This document shows positions 9,826 to 18,741 of a stretch of 64,000 nt of DNA, piece by piece. The position numbers and the translations under genes were made by a program. Source of the stretch: an uncultured bacterium (GTDB lineage Bacteria > Bacteroidota > Ignavibacteria > UBA10030 > BY39); assembly GCA_937967455.1 (NCBI GenBank), contig CALCJK010000013.1:6302-70301 (forward strand), read 5' to 3'. Each line of letters starts with the position of its first letter. The first letter of the stretch is position 1. Below the pieces are notes generated by a model. That model saw nothing but the letters and a program-made list of their open reading frames with translations, made no database searches and was not told where the DNA came from.

Positions 9826-10806
9826 ATGAAAAAAGCATTTGTTACAGGTGCAACAGGTTTTATTGGCAGTCATCTGGTTGAAGCTCTGCTCAGTAAACAG
9901 TATAAAATTAAATGTTTAGTTAGAAAATCTGCAAATTTAAGGTGGATAAAGGATTTACCAGTTGAAATAGTATATGGTGATTTGTTTAATAAAGATGTTT
10001 TAACTGAAGCAACTAAAGACGTAGATTATATATTTCATATTGCTGGTGTAATTGCTTCTCGAACTAAGGAAGGTTATTATTATGGCAATGTTGAAACCAC
10101 CAAGAATTTGCTTGAAGTAGCATCAAAAAATTTAAATTTAAAAAGATTTGTTTTTGCAGGCAGCTTAACAGCTGTAGGTCCAGCTGCGAATAAGATACCA
10201 CCAGATGAGCAATCACCATGTAATCCGATAACAAATTATGGAAGAAGTAAACTAGAAGCTGAGAAAGAAGTTTTAAAGTTTAAAGACAAAATTCCAGTAA
10301 CAGTTTTAAGATTGCCAGCAGTTTATGGACCGCGAGATACTGCTACACTGGATTTTTTCAAAACAGTTAGTAAAGGTGTTATTCCATTGGTCGGATATAA
10401 GAGTAAATACATAAGTATACTATATGTAAGTGATGTTGTAAAGGCGTTAATTGATGCGGCAGAATGCGATATGGCTATTGGAGAAGTTTTTTTAATTGGT
10501 AGTGAAAAATTTTATACATGGGAAGAAATTGGAATGGCAATTGAAAAATATACAAAGCACCGGACTATAAAAGTTAGATTTCCTGAATTTTTTGTTGTAA
10601 TTGCAGCAGCTTTCAATAATTTTTTAGATATTTTTAGAAAAAAACCTTCTGTGTTTAATATTGAAAAGAGTAAGGATATGATTGCCGATGCCTGGATTGC
10701 AGATATTACTAAGGCAAAAAATCATCTAAATTTCAGACAAGATGTGGATTTGGAAGAAGGTATAAGGAGAACATTCGAGTGGTATCAGAAAGAAGGCTGG
10801 ATATGA
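9826..10806 (+). CDS. NAD(P)-dependent epimerase/dehydratase-family SDR reductase (candidate 3-ketosphinganine / ceramide reductase, CerR-like)
   Basis: 326 aa. Rossmann motif VTGATGFIGSHLVEALL. Catalytic YGRSK (YxxxK). Divergently transcribed from spt across an 86 bp gap. Confidence 0.65.
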   Translation: MKKAFVTGATGFIGSHLVEALLSKQYKIKCLVRKSANLRWIKDLPVEIVYGDLFNKDVLTEATKDVDYIFHIAGVIASRTKEGYYYGNVETTKNLLEVASKNLNLKRFVFAGSLTAVGPAANKIPPDEQSPCNPITNYGRSKLEAEKEVLKFKDKIPVTVLRLPAVYGPRDTATLDFFKTVSKGVIPLVGYKSKYISILYVSDVVKALIDAAECDMAIGEVFLIGSEKFYTWEEIGMAIEKYTKHRTIKVRFPEFFVVIAAAFNNFLDIFRKKPSVFNIEKSKDMIADAWIADITKAKNHLNFRQDVDLEEGIRRTFEWYQKEGWI

Positions 10807-10874
10807 ATTATTGACTTTTAGGTCAAATTTTTTTTATATTAAAGTAAAACCAAACACAAAATGTTGAGGAAAGT

Positions 10875-11189
10875 ATGAAATTAAAGAGAAAGTATCATCA
10901 TTGGACTGAAAAAGAAATTGAGCTTTTAAAAAAGTACTGTCCAACTTATGGTGTTAAATATGCTTCGAAAAAGTTAGGCAGAAGTATAAGTACGATTCGA
11001 GCAGTTGCACACTTGCATAGAATTAAATGTAAAAACCCAACACCAGTTTGGAACCCAAAAAATGTTGAATTCTTAAAAAAATGGTATGGTAAGATAGATG
11101 CTGCAAAAATTGCTAAAAAGATTGGTACTACAAAACTTGCAGTACAAAAACATGCTAGCAGACTCGGTATTACAGGTAAAAAAAGTTGA
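10875..11189 (+). CDS. small tandem-repeat HTH-like protein (hypothetical regulator)
   Basis: 104 aa, RBS GAGGAAAG. Two ~45 aa internal repeats (WTEKEIELLKKY...SKKLGRSISTIRAVAHLHRI / WNPKNVEFLKKW...AKKIGTTKLAVQKHASRLGI). The stop abuts the hutI start codon. Confidence 0.5.
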   Translation: MKLKRKYHHWTEKEIELLKKYCPTYGVKYASKKLGRSISTIRAVAHLHRIKCKNPTPVWNPKNVEFLKKWYGKIDAAKIAKKIGTTKLAVQKHASRLGITGKKS

Positions 11190-12440
11190 TTGAATATAAA
11201 GCTTACTAACATAAAACAACTCGTTACTGTTTCTCACGAATTATCTCGCCCTAAAAACAAACACTTCCGTGTAGGCGTGGAAATGAGTGAACTTGCTATT
11301 ATTGAAAATGCCGCACTTGTGATTGAGAACGGTATTATAACTTTTTTCGGTAAAATGCAGGACCTTCCTTCTAATGATTTTAATGAAATTGATTGTACCG
11401 ATAAAGTAGTAATGCCCGGCTTTGTGGATTCTCATACTCATCTTTTGTTTGCAGGTAGCAGAGAAGAAGAATTTGCAATGCGTTCGCGAGGATTTACCTA
11501 CCAACAAATTGCCGAACAGGGTGGAGGAATTTTATCAACCGTTGCTTTAACAAGAGCAGCAAGCAAAAAAGAATTAAAAAAGAACGCCCGCCGATATATT
11601 CATAAAATGATACAAAAAGGTACAACTACTGTTGAAATTAAAAGCGGTTATGGATTAAGTTTTGATGATGAAATTAAAATGCTTGAAGCCATTAAAGAGC
11701 TTCAAAAAGAAGAAATTATTACAATCTTATCTACATTTCTTGGTGCTCATGCATTTCCTCCTGAGTATAAAAATACCCCAGAACAATATGTAGATTTGAT
11801 TTGTAGCAAAATGATTCCTTATGTGGGCGAGCATAAATTAGCAGAATTTTGTGATGTTTTTTGCGAAAAAAATTATTTTAGTTTGAGTGATTCGGAAAAA
11901 ATTTTATCAACTGGAATAAATTACGGTTTAAAACCTAAAATACACGCAGAAGAGTTAAGTAATTCTGGAGGTGCAATTCTAGCAGGAAAATTAAAAGCTA
12001 CTTCAGCTGATCATCTTGAACATATATCTGATGAAGGAATTGCATCTATGAAAGAAGGCGGTGTAGTAGCTGTTTTACTACCAGGAGTTTCTTTCTTTTT
12101 GAATCATAATTATGCACCTGCGAGGAAGTTAATTGATAATGAAGTACCTGTTGCTATAGCTACCGATTTTAATCCAGGCTCTTGTATGTCATACTCAATG
12201 CCATTAATGCTAACCATTGCCTGCACACAGATGAAGATGAGCCCTGAAGAAGCAATTACTGCAGCAACAATCAATGCGGCTGCAGCACTAAATTTGTCAA
12301 GTGAAATAGGAAGCATAGATATTGGTAAAAAAGGAGATATGTTAATCCTGAATATTCCAAATTATAAATTTCTGGTTTATCATTTTGGTGAAAATCATGT
12401 TTATAAAGTAATAAAAAACGGTACATATTTAGAATTTTGA
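11190..12440 (+). CDS. hutI: imidazolonepropionase
   Basis: 416 aa amidohydrolase. Motifs PGFVDSHTHLLFAG...KIHAEE...DFNPGS are typical of HutI. Confidence 0.85.
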   Translation: MNIKLTNIKQLVTVSHELSRPKNKHFRVGVEMSELAIIENAALVIENGIITFFGKMQDLPSNDFNEIDCTDKVVMPGFVDSHTHLLFAGSREEEFAMRSRGFTYQQIAEQGGGILSTVALTRAASKKELKKNARRYIHKMIQKGTTTVEIKSGYGLSFDDEIKMLEAIKELQKEEIITILSTFLGAHAFPPEYKNTPEQYVDLICSKMIPYVGEHKLAEFCDVFCEKNYFSLSDSEKILSTGINYGLKPKIHAEELSNSGGAILAGKLKATSADHLEHISDEGIASMKEGGVVAVLLPGVSFFLNHNYAPARKLIDNEVPVAIATDFNPGSCMSYSMPLMLTIACTQMKMSPEEAITAATINAAAALNLSSEIGSIDIGKKGDMLILNIPNYKFLVYHFGENHVYKVIKNGTYLEF

Positions 12441-12456
12441 AACGGAAAGTGTAAAT

Positions 12457-13509
12457 ATGAAGAATTTAGTTGAATGTGTCCCAAATTTCAGCGAAGGACA
12501 AAATCATAATATAATTGATGCAATTGCAGGTGTGATAGATGCAACAGAAAATGTAAAACTCCTGAGTGTAGAACCTGATCGGGATTATAATCGAACTGTA
12601 ATTACTTTTGTAGGTACACCTGATGCTGTAAAGCAAGCAGCATTTGAAGCTACGAAAGTTGCTTCAGAAATGATTGATATGCGTCAGCACAAGGGCGAAC
12701 ATCCCAGAATTGGTGCTGTGGATGTTGTACCTTTTGTTCCATTGAGCGGAGTAACAATGGATGATTGTGTTAAGCTTGCAAACGAATATGGTAAAATGGT
12801 TTCAGATAAGTTAAATATTCCAGTATTTTTATATGAAGAAGCGGCTCGTAAATCTGATAGAAAGAATCTCTCAAATATCAGAAAAGGTGAGTACGAGGGA
12901 CTTGAGCAAAAATTAAAAGATCCTGAATGGTTTCCTGATTATCCAATTAGAGGGTCTAATCAGTTTAATCCCAAATCTGGAGCAACTGTTGCAGGCGCCC
13001 GCTATTTTTTGATTGCTTATAATGTAAATCTTAATACAAACGACAAAAACATTGCGCACGAAATTGCTTTGAGAATTAGAGAAAGTGGTAGACCTATGAA
13101 AAATGAAAAAGGTGAAATTGTTAAAGACTCAACGGGTAAAACTGTGAATGTGCCCGGCTCACTCAAAGCCGTGAAAGCAATGGGTGTTTTATTAGAAAGA
13201 TTCAATATTGCTCAGGTCTCCATAAATTTAACTAACTTTAATGTAACTCCTCCACATATAGCTTTTGAAGAAGTTAAAAAGGAAGCTCAAACACTGGGAG
13301 TTGAGGTTACAGGTAGTGAAATTGTTGGATTGGTTCCCAAAGATGCATTAATTACTGCTGGAAAGTTTTATTTGGGAGAACAACTTCAAACTTTGAATGT
13401 TTCAGAAATGGATTTAATTAATGTGGCTATACAATACTTGGGTTTGAATCAGCTTGAAACTTTTAATCCGTATAAAAAAATAATTGAATATATGATTGAA
13501 GGAGAATAA
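12457..13509 (+). CDS. ftcD: glutamate formimidoyltransferase (FTCD N-terminal transferase domain as a separate protein)
   Basis: Starts MKNLVECVPNFSEGQN, the hallmark of formiminotransferase. 350 aa. Confidence 0.85.
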   Translation: MKNLVECVPNFSEGQNHNIIDAIAGVIDATENVKLLSVEPDRDYNRTVITFVGTPDAVKQAAFEATKVASEMIDMRQHKGEHPRIGAVDVVPFVPLSGVTMDDCVKLANEYGKMVSDKLNIPVFLYEEAARKSDRKNLSNIRKGEYEGLEQKLKDPEWFPDYPIRGSNQFNPKSGATVAGARYFLIAYNVNLNTNDKNIAHEIALRIRESGRPMKNEKGEIVKDSTGKTVNVPGSLKAVKAMGVLLERFNIAQVSINLTNFNVTPPHIAFEEVKKEAQTLGVEVTGSEIVGLVPKDALITAGKFYLGEQLQTLNVSEMDLINVAIQYLGLNQLETFNPYKKIIEYMIEGE

Positions 13510-13510
13510 A

Positions 13511-14140
13511 ATGTTAACAAAGAAAACTATTGAATCCTTTTTGGATGAGTTAGCGTCAAATTCACCTGCACCTGGAGGTGGGAGCGCAGCTGCATTAACT
13601 GCTGCAATTGGAACAGCCCTTATATCAATGGTTTGCAACTTGACTATAGGTAAGAAAAAATATCTCGATGTAGAAGAAGAAATGAAAAAAATTTTACAAG
13701 ATTCAGAAAGAATAAGAAAACACTTTACCGAATTAATTAATAAAGATACAGAAGCCTTTAAGAAAGTTATGGAAGCATATTCCTTACCAAAAGAAAGTGA
13801 TGCACAAAATTCTCTAAGAAATGCTGCAATTGATTCGGCAATGAAAGAAGCTGCACTTGTCCCACTTGAAGTGATGAAACATTGTGTAGATGCTCTTGCA
13901 CTTTCAAAAATTGTGGCTCAGAAGGGGAATAAAAATTCAATTAGTGATGCAGGTGTAAGTGCACTTTTATTGGTTTCTGCATCTGAATCTGCATATTTGA
14001 ATGTGAAAATTAACTTAAATTCTATAAATGATTCTGACTTTGTTGGTTGGAAGAATGAAGAGGCAAACTCAACACTCAATACTTGCAGAAAATATCAAAC
14101 TGAAATTATGAATTCTGTATATGAGACATTAGAGTCTTAA
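13511..14140 (+). CDS. formimidoyltetrahydrofolate cyclodeaminase (FTCD C-terminal domain as a separate protein)
   Basis: Likely start MLTKK at 13511 after GGAG; the ORF track starts at 13496. The PAPGGGSAAAL motif marks the cyclodeaminase/cyclohydrolase family. Confidence 0.8.
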   Translation: MLTKKTIESFLDELASNSPAPGGGSAAALTAAIGTALISMVCNLTIGKKKYLDVEEEMKKILQDSERIRKHFTELINKDTEAFKKVMEAYSLPKESDAQNSLRNAAIDSAMKEAALVPLEVMKHCVDALALSKIVAQKGNKNSISDAGVSALLLVSASESAYLNVKINLNSINDSDFVGWKNEEANSTLNTCRKYQTEIMNSVYETLES

Positions 14141-14152
14141 GAATATCTCTTA

Positions 14153-15601
14153 TTAAACTTTCCAATAAACCTTGGTAAAAATTACCAAAGCTGTAAATAG
14201 TTCAAGTCGTCCTATTATCATACAAAAACTCAAAATCCATTTTCCCAAAAAATGAATGTTAGAATAGTTATCCATAGGTCCAACACTACCTAATCCTGGG
14301 CCTATATTACTCAGAGATGCTATCACCGCTCCCATTGCGGATATTATGTCCATTCCTAAAATTGTCATTATAATAGTTGCAACTACAAAAGTAGTAACAA
14401 AGAGTACAAAAAAAGCCAGAATATTATTGATGATGTCCTGTGGTACAGTTCTGTTGTTATACCTCACAGGTACGATTGCCTTTGGATGAATTAGTTTTCG
14501 AAGTTCTGCATTACCATTTTTCAGTAATATTAAAATTCTCATATTTTTAATTCCTCCAGCTGTTGAGCCAGCACAACCACCAATGAACATTAAAATAAGC
14601 AGAATAAATTGAATGGAATATGGCCAGATTTCGTAGTCAGCAGTTGAATAACCTGTCGTGGTTATTATAGATACAACTTGAAAAGCAGAATATCTTAATG
14701 CTGATGTAAATGAATTATAGTTACCAGAATTAATTAACAATAAAACTGAAATGAAAATGCTAATAAGTACGATTGATAGATAAAATACAAATTCATTATT
14801 TTTGAAATATTCTCTTACATCTCCTTTTAAAGCTTTATAATGAAGTACAAAATTGGCACCTGCAATGAACATAAAAACAATTATGACGGTATCAATGTAA
14901 GGTGAATTATAATGCGCAATACTCAAATTTCTTGTGGAGAAACCTCCTGTAGCCATAGTAGTAAAAGAATGAGATAGGGCATCAAATATATTCATACCAC
15001 CTAAAAGGAGTAGAAGTGTTTGAACAAAGGTAAACATTACATAAACTTGCCAAAGGACTTTTGCTGTTTCACCGATTCGAGGTTTTATTTTATCAACAGT
15101 TGGGCCTGGTGATTCAGCTTTGAAAAGTTGCATACCACCTACGCCCAATATAGGAAGAATAGCCAGTGAGAGCAGAATTATTCCCATACCACCCAACCAT
15201 TGCGTCATAGAACGCCAGAAGAGCAAACCTTTTGGCAGTGCTTCCACATTTGTAAGAATAGATGCCCCGGTTGTTGTAAAACCTGACACAGTTTCAAAGA
15301 ATGCATCTGTGAAAGAAGGGATTGCCCCAGATACAACATATGGAATTGATCCAAATAAACTCATAGCTAACCAGGCGAACGTGACTATAGCAAAAGCTTC
15401 ACGCGGATTTACCTCAATTTCAGGTGTTTTTAAAAAAAACCAAGTTAAAATGCCTATAACAATGCATAAAATTGATGAACCTAAAATTGGTAGCAAGCTG
15501 CTATCTGAATAGTAAAGGGAAAATGGTAATGATAAGAGCATTGCTACACCAATGAAAAAAACGATAATTCCTAATATAGAAATTACAAGCTTAATGTTCA
15601 T
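14153..15601 (-). CDS. trkH: Trk-type potassium uptake membrane protein TrkH
   Basis: 482 aa polytopic membrane protein. Repeated TTTG / GYS selectivity-filter-like segments (TTGASILT, TTGYSTAD) typical of the TrkH/KtrB family. Confidence 0.85.
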   Translation of the reverse strand: MNIKLVISILGIIVFFIGVAMLLSLPFSLYYSDSSLLPILGSSILCIVIGILTWFFLKTPEIEVNPREAFAIVTFAWLAMSLFGSIPYVVSGAIPSFTDAFFETVSGFTTTGASILTNVEALPKGLLFWRSMTQWLGGMGIILLSLAILPILGVGGMQLFKAESPGPTVDKIKPRIGETAKVLWQVYVMFTFVQTLLLLLGGMNIFDALSHSFTTMATGGFSTRNLSIAHYNSPYIDTVIIVFMFIAGANFVLHYKALKGDVREYFKNNEFVFYLSIVLISIFISVLLLINSGNYNSFTSALRYSAFQVVSIITTTGYSTADYEIWPYSIQFILLILMFIGGCAGSTAGGIKNMRILILLKNGNAELRKLIHPKAIVPVRYNNRTVPQDIINNILAFFVLFVTTFVVATIIMTILGMDIISAMGAVIASLSNIGPGLGSVGPMDNYSNIHFLGKWILSFCMIIGRLELFTALVIFTKVYWKV

Positions 15602-15603
15602 GA

Positions 15604-16947
15604 TTATTTGCTAAAAAGTTTTTCAACTTCAGGAATTGCTTTTGGGAGTGAAAATACCACAACTCTTTCATTTGGATTTATTTTTGTTGTTCCAACGGGT
15701 ATAATTACAGAATTGCTGCTCATTACACATCCAATAATTGCACCTTTTGGGAACTCTAAATCTTTAAGAGGTTTCTTTGTGATATCAGAGCCTTTTTGAG
15801 CTACTAGTTCAATTACTTCAGCATCAACTCCATGTAATGTTGCAACTGATAAAATTTGACCTTTACGGATAAATTTTAGAATTATCTGTGCAGCTGAAAG
15901 TTTTTTATTAACTGCAACATCAAGACCAATTGTGGCTGCAAGTGTTACATAGTCAGTATTTTCTACTAGTGCGATCGTTCGTGGGACACCAAGATGTCGT
16001 GCCATTAGACAGGAAATTATGTTTGTTTCCTCATCCTCAGTAACAGCAATATAAACATCCATATCCATAATGCCTTCTTTAGCAAGTAAATCTATATCCG
16101 AACCTTCACCATGAATAATTAGAGCTTTATGCAGTTTGTCTGCTAATTCTAAGGAGCGATCTTTGTTTGATTCCACAATTTTTACATTAACTTCTTCTTC
16201 TAATTTTTCAGCTACCATGCTTCCGATTCTTCCTCCACCTAAAATCATTACATTCTTAACTGATTCACCTTCCTTACCGGCAAGTCGTAAAATATCCTGC
16301 ACATATTCTGTTTTGCAGATTGCGAAAACTTGATCATTCTTTTTAAGTGTATCCTGACCTGATGGAATAATTGTACGCACACCTCTACTGATTGCAACAA
16401 TCCTGAAAACCAGTTCATCATATTCTTTAACTACATCTTGAACAGTTTTGTTGATAATTGGACTCAACGTATCTAACCGCATACCTATTATTTGAACTTT
16501 ACCGTCGCCAAATTCAAGTACATCTGTGGCAGCTGCCCTTTTAACCAGCCGCACAATTTCTTCGGCTGTTACTGCCTCTGGATTTATTGAAAGATTAATT
16601 CCAAGTTCCTCTGGTTTTACAAGAGCTTCTGAATTATTAAATTCTGAGCTGCTAATACGAGCAATTGTTCGTTTTGCGCCCAGTTTGCTTCCAATCTGAC
16701 AGGCAAGTATATTTACCTCGTCGTGAGGAGATACAGCAACCAATAGATCTGCTTCTTCAGCGCCTGCCTGCGATAGTAAAACTGGACTTATACCGCTCCC
16801 TTTATAAGCTATTACATCTAAATTTTCGTTTACTCTATTTACTCGATCTTCATCACTGTCTATTACCACAATATCGTGATGTTCCTGTGATAGAATCTTT
16901 GCTAAGTGAAATCCAACTTCACCTGCACCTACAATAATAATCTTCAA
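15604..16947 (-). CDS. trkA: Trk potassium uptake regulatory protein TrkA (two RCK/NAD-binding domains)
   Basis: 447 aa. MKIIIVGAGEVG plus a second GGGRIG Rossmann motif. Immediately upstream of trkH. Confidence 0.85.
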   Translation of the reverse strand: MKIIIVGAGEVGFHLAKILSQEHHDIVVIDSDEDRVNRVNENLDVIAYKGSGISPVLLSQAGAEEADLLVAVSPHDEVNILACQIGSKLGAKRTIARISSSEFNNSEALVKPEELGINLSINPEAVTAEEIVRLVKRAAATDVLEFGDGKVQIIGMRLDTLSPIINKTVQDVVKEYDELVFRIVAISRGVRTIIPSGQDTLKKNDQVFAICKTEYVQDILRLAGKEGESVKNVMILGGGRIGSMVAEKLEEEVNVKIVESNKDRSLELADKLHKALIIHGEGSDIDLLAKEGIMDMDVYIAVTEDEETNIISCLMARHLGVPRTIALVENTDYVTLAATIGLDVAVNKKLSAAQIILKFIRKGQILSVATLHGVDAEVIELVAQKGSDITKKPLKDLEFPKGAIIGCVMSSNSVIIPVGTTKINPNERVVVFSLPKAIPEVEKLFSK

Positions 16948-17105
16948 ATTTTCAGCATTTTCCTTAGTTTAACATATTTTTCGTTTCTAATTTGAATAAT
17001 TTTTATATAAAACGCAAATATCAACCCTCTCTTTTTATAAAAGTACTTAATTAAATAATTCTATTGATTGGTTACAGGGATTAGTCTAATATGACCTAAA
17101 ACACT

Positions 17106-18230
17106 TCAAATTTCTATTTTAACAGGTTGTGATTTCTTTTTGTTCTTTTTTAGATATTTTTGCTCTATATTATTGTTAGGTTCTGGTTCTTCTTCTACAT
17201 CAGGGTAAGTAAATATATCGTATTTATAATTTCTCAAAATTATTTGATTTCCTGCTCTACCAATTACATATTGTGGAAGTAAAGGTATTTTTCCTCCACC
17301 ACCAGGAGCATCAATTACATAATATGGAATTGCCAGACCCGATGTATGACCTCTCAATTTATCCATAATTTCCAATCCCTTACTAACAGGAGTTCGGAAA
17401 TGGTTTGCACCTTTTGTTATATCAGCCTGGTAAAGGTAATAAGGTTTTACACGAATTGTTAAAAGTTTACGCATTAGTTCGAGCATAACATCTGGGTCAT
17501 CGTTGACACCTTTCATTAAGACAGCTTGGTTACCAAGTGGAATTCCAGCATCAGCTAACAGCTCACAAGCTTTTTTAGCTTCTGGTGTTATTTCCCAGGG
17601 ATGATTAAAATGTGTATTTACGTAAATTGGATGATATTTTTTGAGCATCTTTACAAGTTTTGGAGTTATTCTCTGTGGCAATACGCAGGGCATTTTAGTG
17701 CCAAGTCGAATTATTTCAACATGTTGTATTTCTCTTAATCCCTTTAGAATTTTTTCCAGCATATAGTCGGTAAGCATAAGTGGATCACCACCAGACAGGA
17801 TCACATCCCTGACTTCAGGATGTTTGGCTATATAATCTATCCCATCTTGTATGAATTTCATTCTAATTTTGGAGGAATCACCAACTTTCCTTTTTCGTGT
17901 GCAAAAGCGACAGTACATTGAACATTGGCTTGTTGTTAAGAAAAGTACTCTGTCCGGATATCTATGCACGATACTTGGTACTGGACTATGTGAATCTTCT
18001 GCTAACGGGTCTTCAGGAAGTCCATCTTCTTCTAATTCTTTTTCAGAAGGTATACATTGAAGCCAGATTGGATCACCTGGATATCTAATCAAACTTAAGT
18101 AGTACGGATTAATTCGGATGTGAAATAATTTATTAAGTCGCTCAGCCAATTGTTCATCGAAACCAAACCTTTCTATCAAATCTTTAGCACTGTCAACGCT
18201 TTTGCGTAGCATCTCTTGCCAGAGTTCCAT
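17106..18230 (-). CDS. KamA-family radical SAM lysine 2,3-aminomutase
   Basis: 374 aa. CSMYCRFCTRKRK matches the CxxxCxxC radical-SAM motif in the KamA context (KamA CSMYCRYCTRRR). It is closer to KamA/AblA than to EpmB. Lysine-rich C-terminal tail. Confidence 0.8.
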   Translation of the reverse strand: MELWQEMLRKSVDSAKDLIERFGFDEQLAERLNKLFHIRINPYYLSLIRYPGDPIWLQCIPSEKELEEDGLPEDPLAEDSHSPVPSIVHRYPDRVLFLTTSQCSMYCRFCTRKRKVGDSSKIRMKFIQDGIDYIAKHPEVRDVILSGGDPLMLTDYMLEKILKGLREIQHVEIIRLGTKMPCVLPQRITPKLVKMLKKYHPIYVNTHFNHPWEITPEAKKACELLADAGIPLGNQAVLMKGVNDDPDVMLELMRKLLTIRVKPYYLYQADITKGANHFRTPVSKGLEIMDKLRGHTSGLAIPYYVIDAPGGGGKIPLLPQYVIGRAGNQIILRNYKYDIFTYPDVEEEPEPNNNIEQKYLKKNKKKSQPVKIEI

Positions 18231-18270
18231 TTATACCTGTTTTCCTCCATTGTTTTTATTTAACATGATT

Positions 18271-18741
18271 TTAAAAGTATTTTCCATAAACTAAAAGGTC
18301 ATCTCCAATATTATAATAATCTTTAATTCTTGATAAAATCTGATATCCCGAACTTTCGTAAAACTTTCTGGTATTTTTATATTTTTCCTGTGAAGATGTT
18401 TCAATTACAATTAATCTGCCCCCATTTTGTTTAATTTTGGTTTCTGCAAAATTTATCAATTCTTTACCGATACCTTTACCTTGTTTATCTTTTTTAACAG
18501 CGATCCAGTATAAATCAAATGTCCCGGTGGTAAGTGGAGTTGGACCAATACAAATATATCCCAGCAAATTTTCGTTATTATCTGTGGCAGAGTATATGTC
18601 GTAATCTTTTTGATTTTTATTTGTTAAATAGATATCAACAAGTTCCATTGCAACTTCAATTTCTGCTGGTGTAAAAGCCTGTGTTTCTGTAAGGAGATTT
18701 ATTAGTTGTATTCGATCTTTTTCTAAAAATTTTCTAATCAA
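18271..18741 (-). CDS. GNAT family N-acetyltransferase (candidate beta-lysine N-acetyltransferase)
   Basis: 156 aa. Acetyl-CoA binding motif QGKGIGKEL. 4 bp overlap with the upstream ATP-grasp gene. Sits between the ATP-grasp ligases and kamA. Confidence 0.7.
   Translation of the reverse strand: MIRKFLEKDRIQLINLLTETQAFTPAEIEVAMELVDIYLTNKNQKDYDIYSATDNNENLLGYICIGPTPLTTGTFDLYWIAVKKDKQGKGIGKELINFAETKIKQNGGRLIVIETSSQEKYKNTRKFYESSGYQILSRIKDYYNIGDDLLVYGKYF

Noticed and set aside
10946-11212. 88 aa minus-strand ORF overlapping the small HTH-like gene and hutI start
   Set aside because: It is antisense to two plus-strand genes that have RBSs and conserved motifs.
14138-14160. Mini hairpin TAAGA-ATATC-TCTTA between convergent ftcD and trkH stops
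   Set aside because: The stem is only 5 bp and AT-rich. It is too weak to call a bidirectional terminator.
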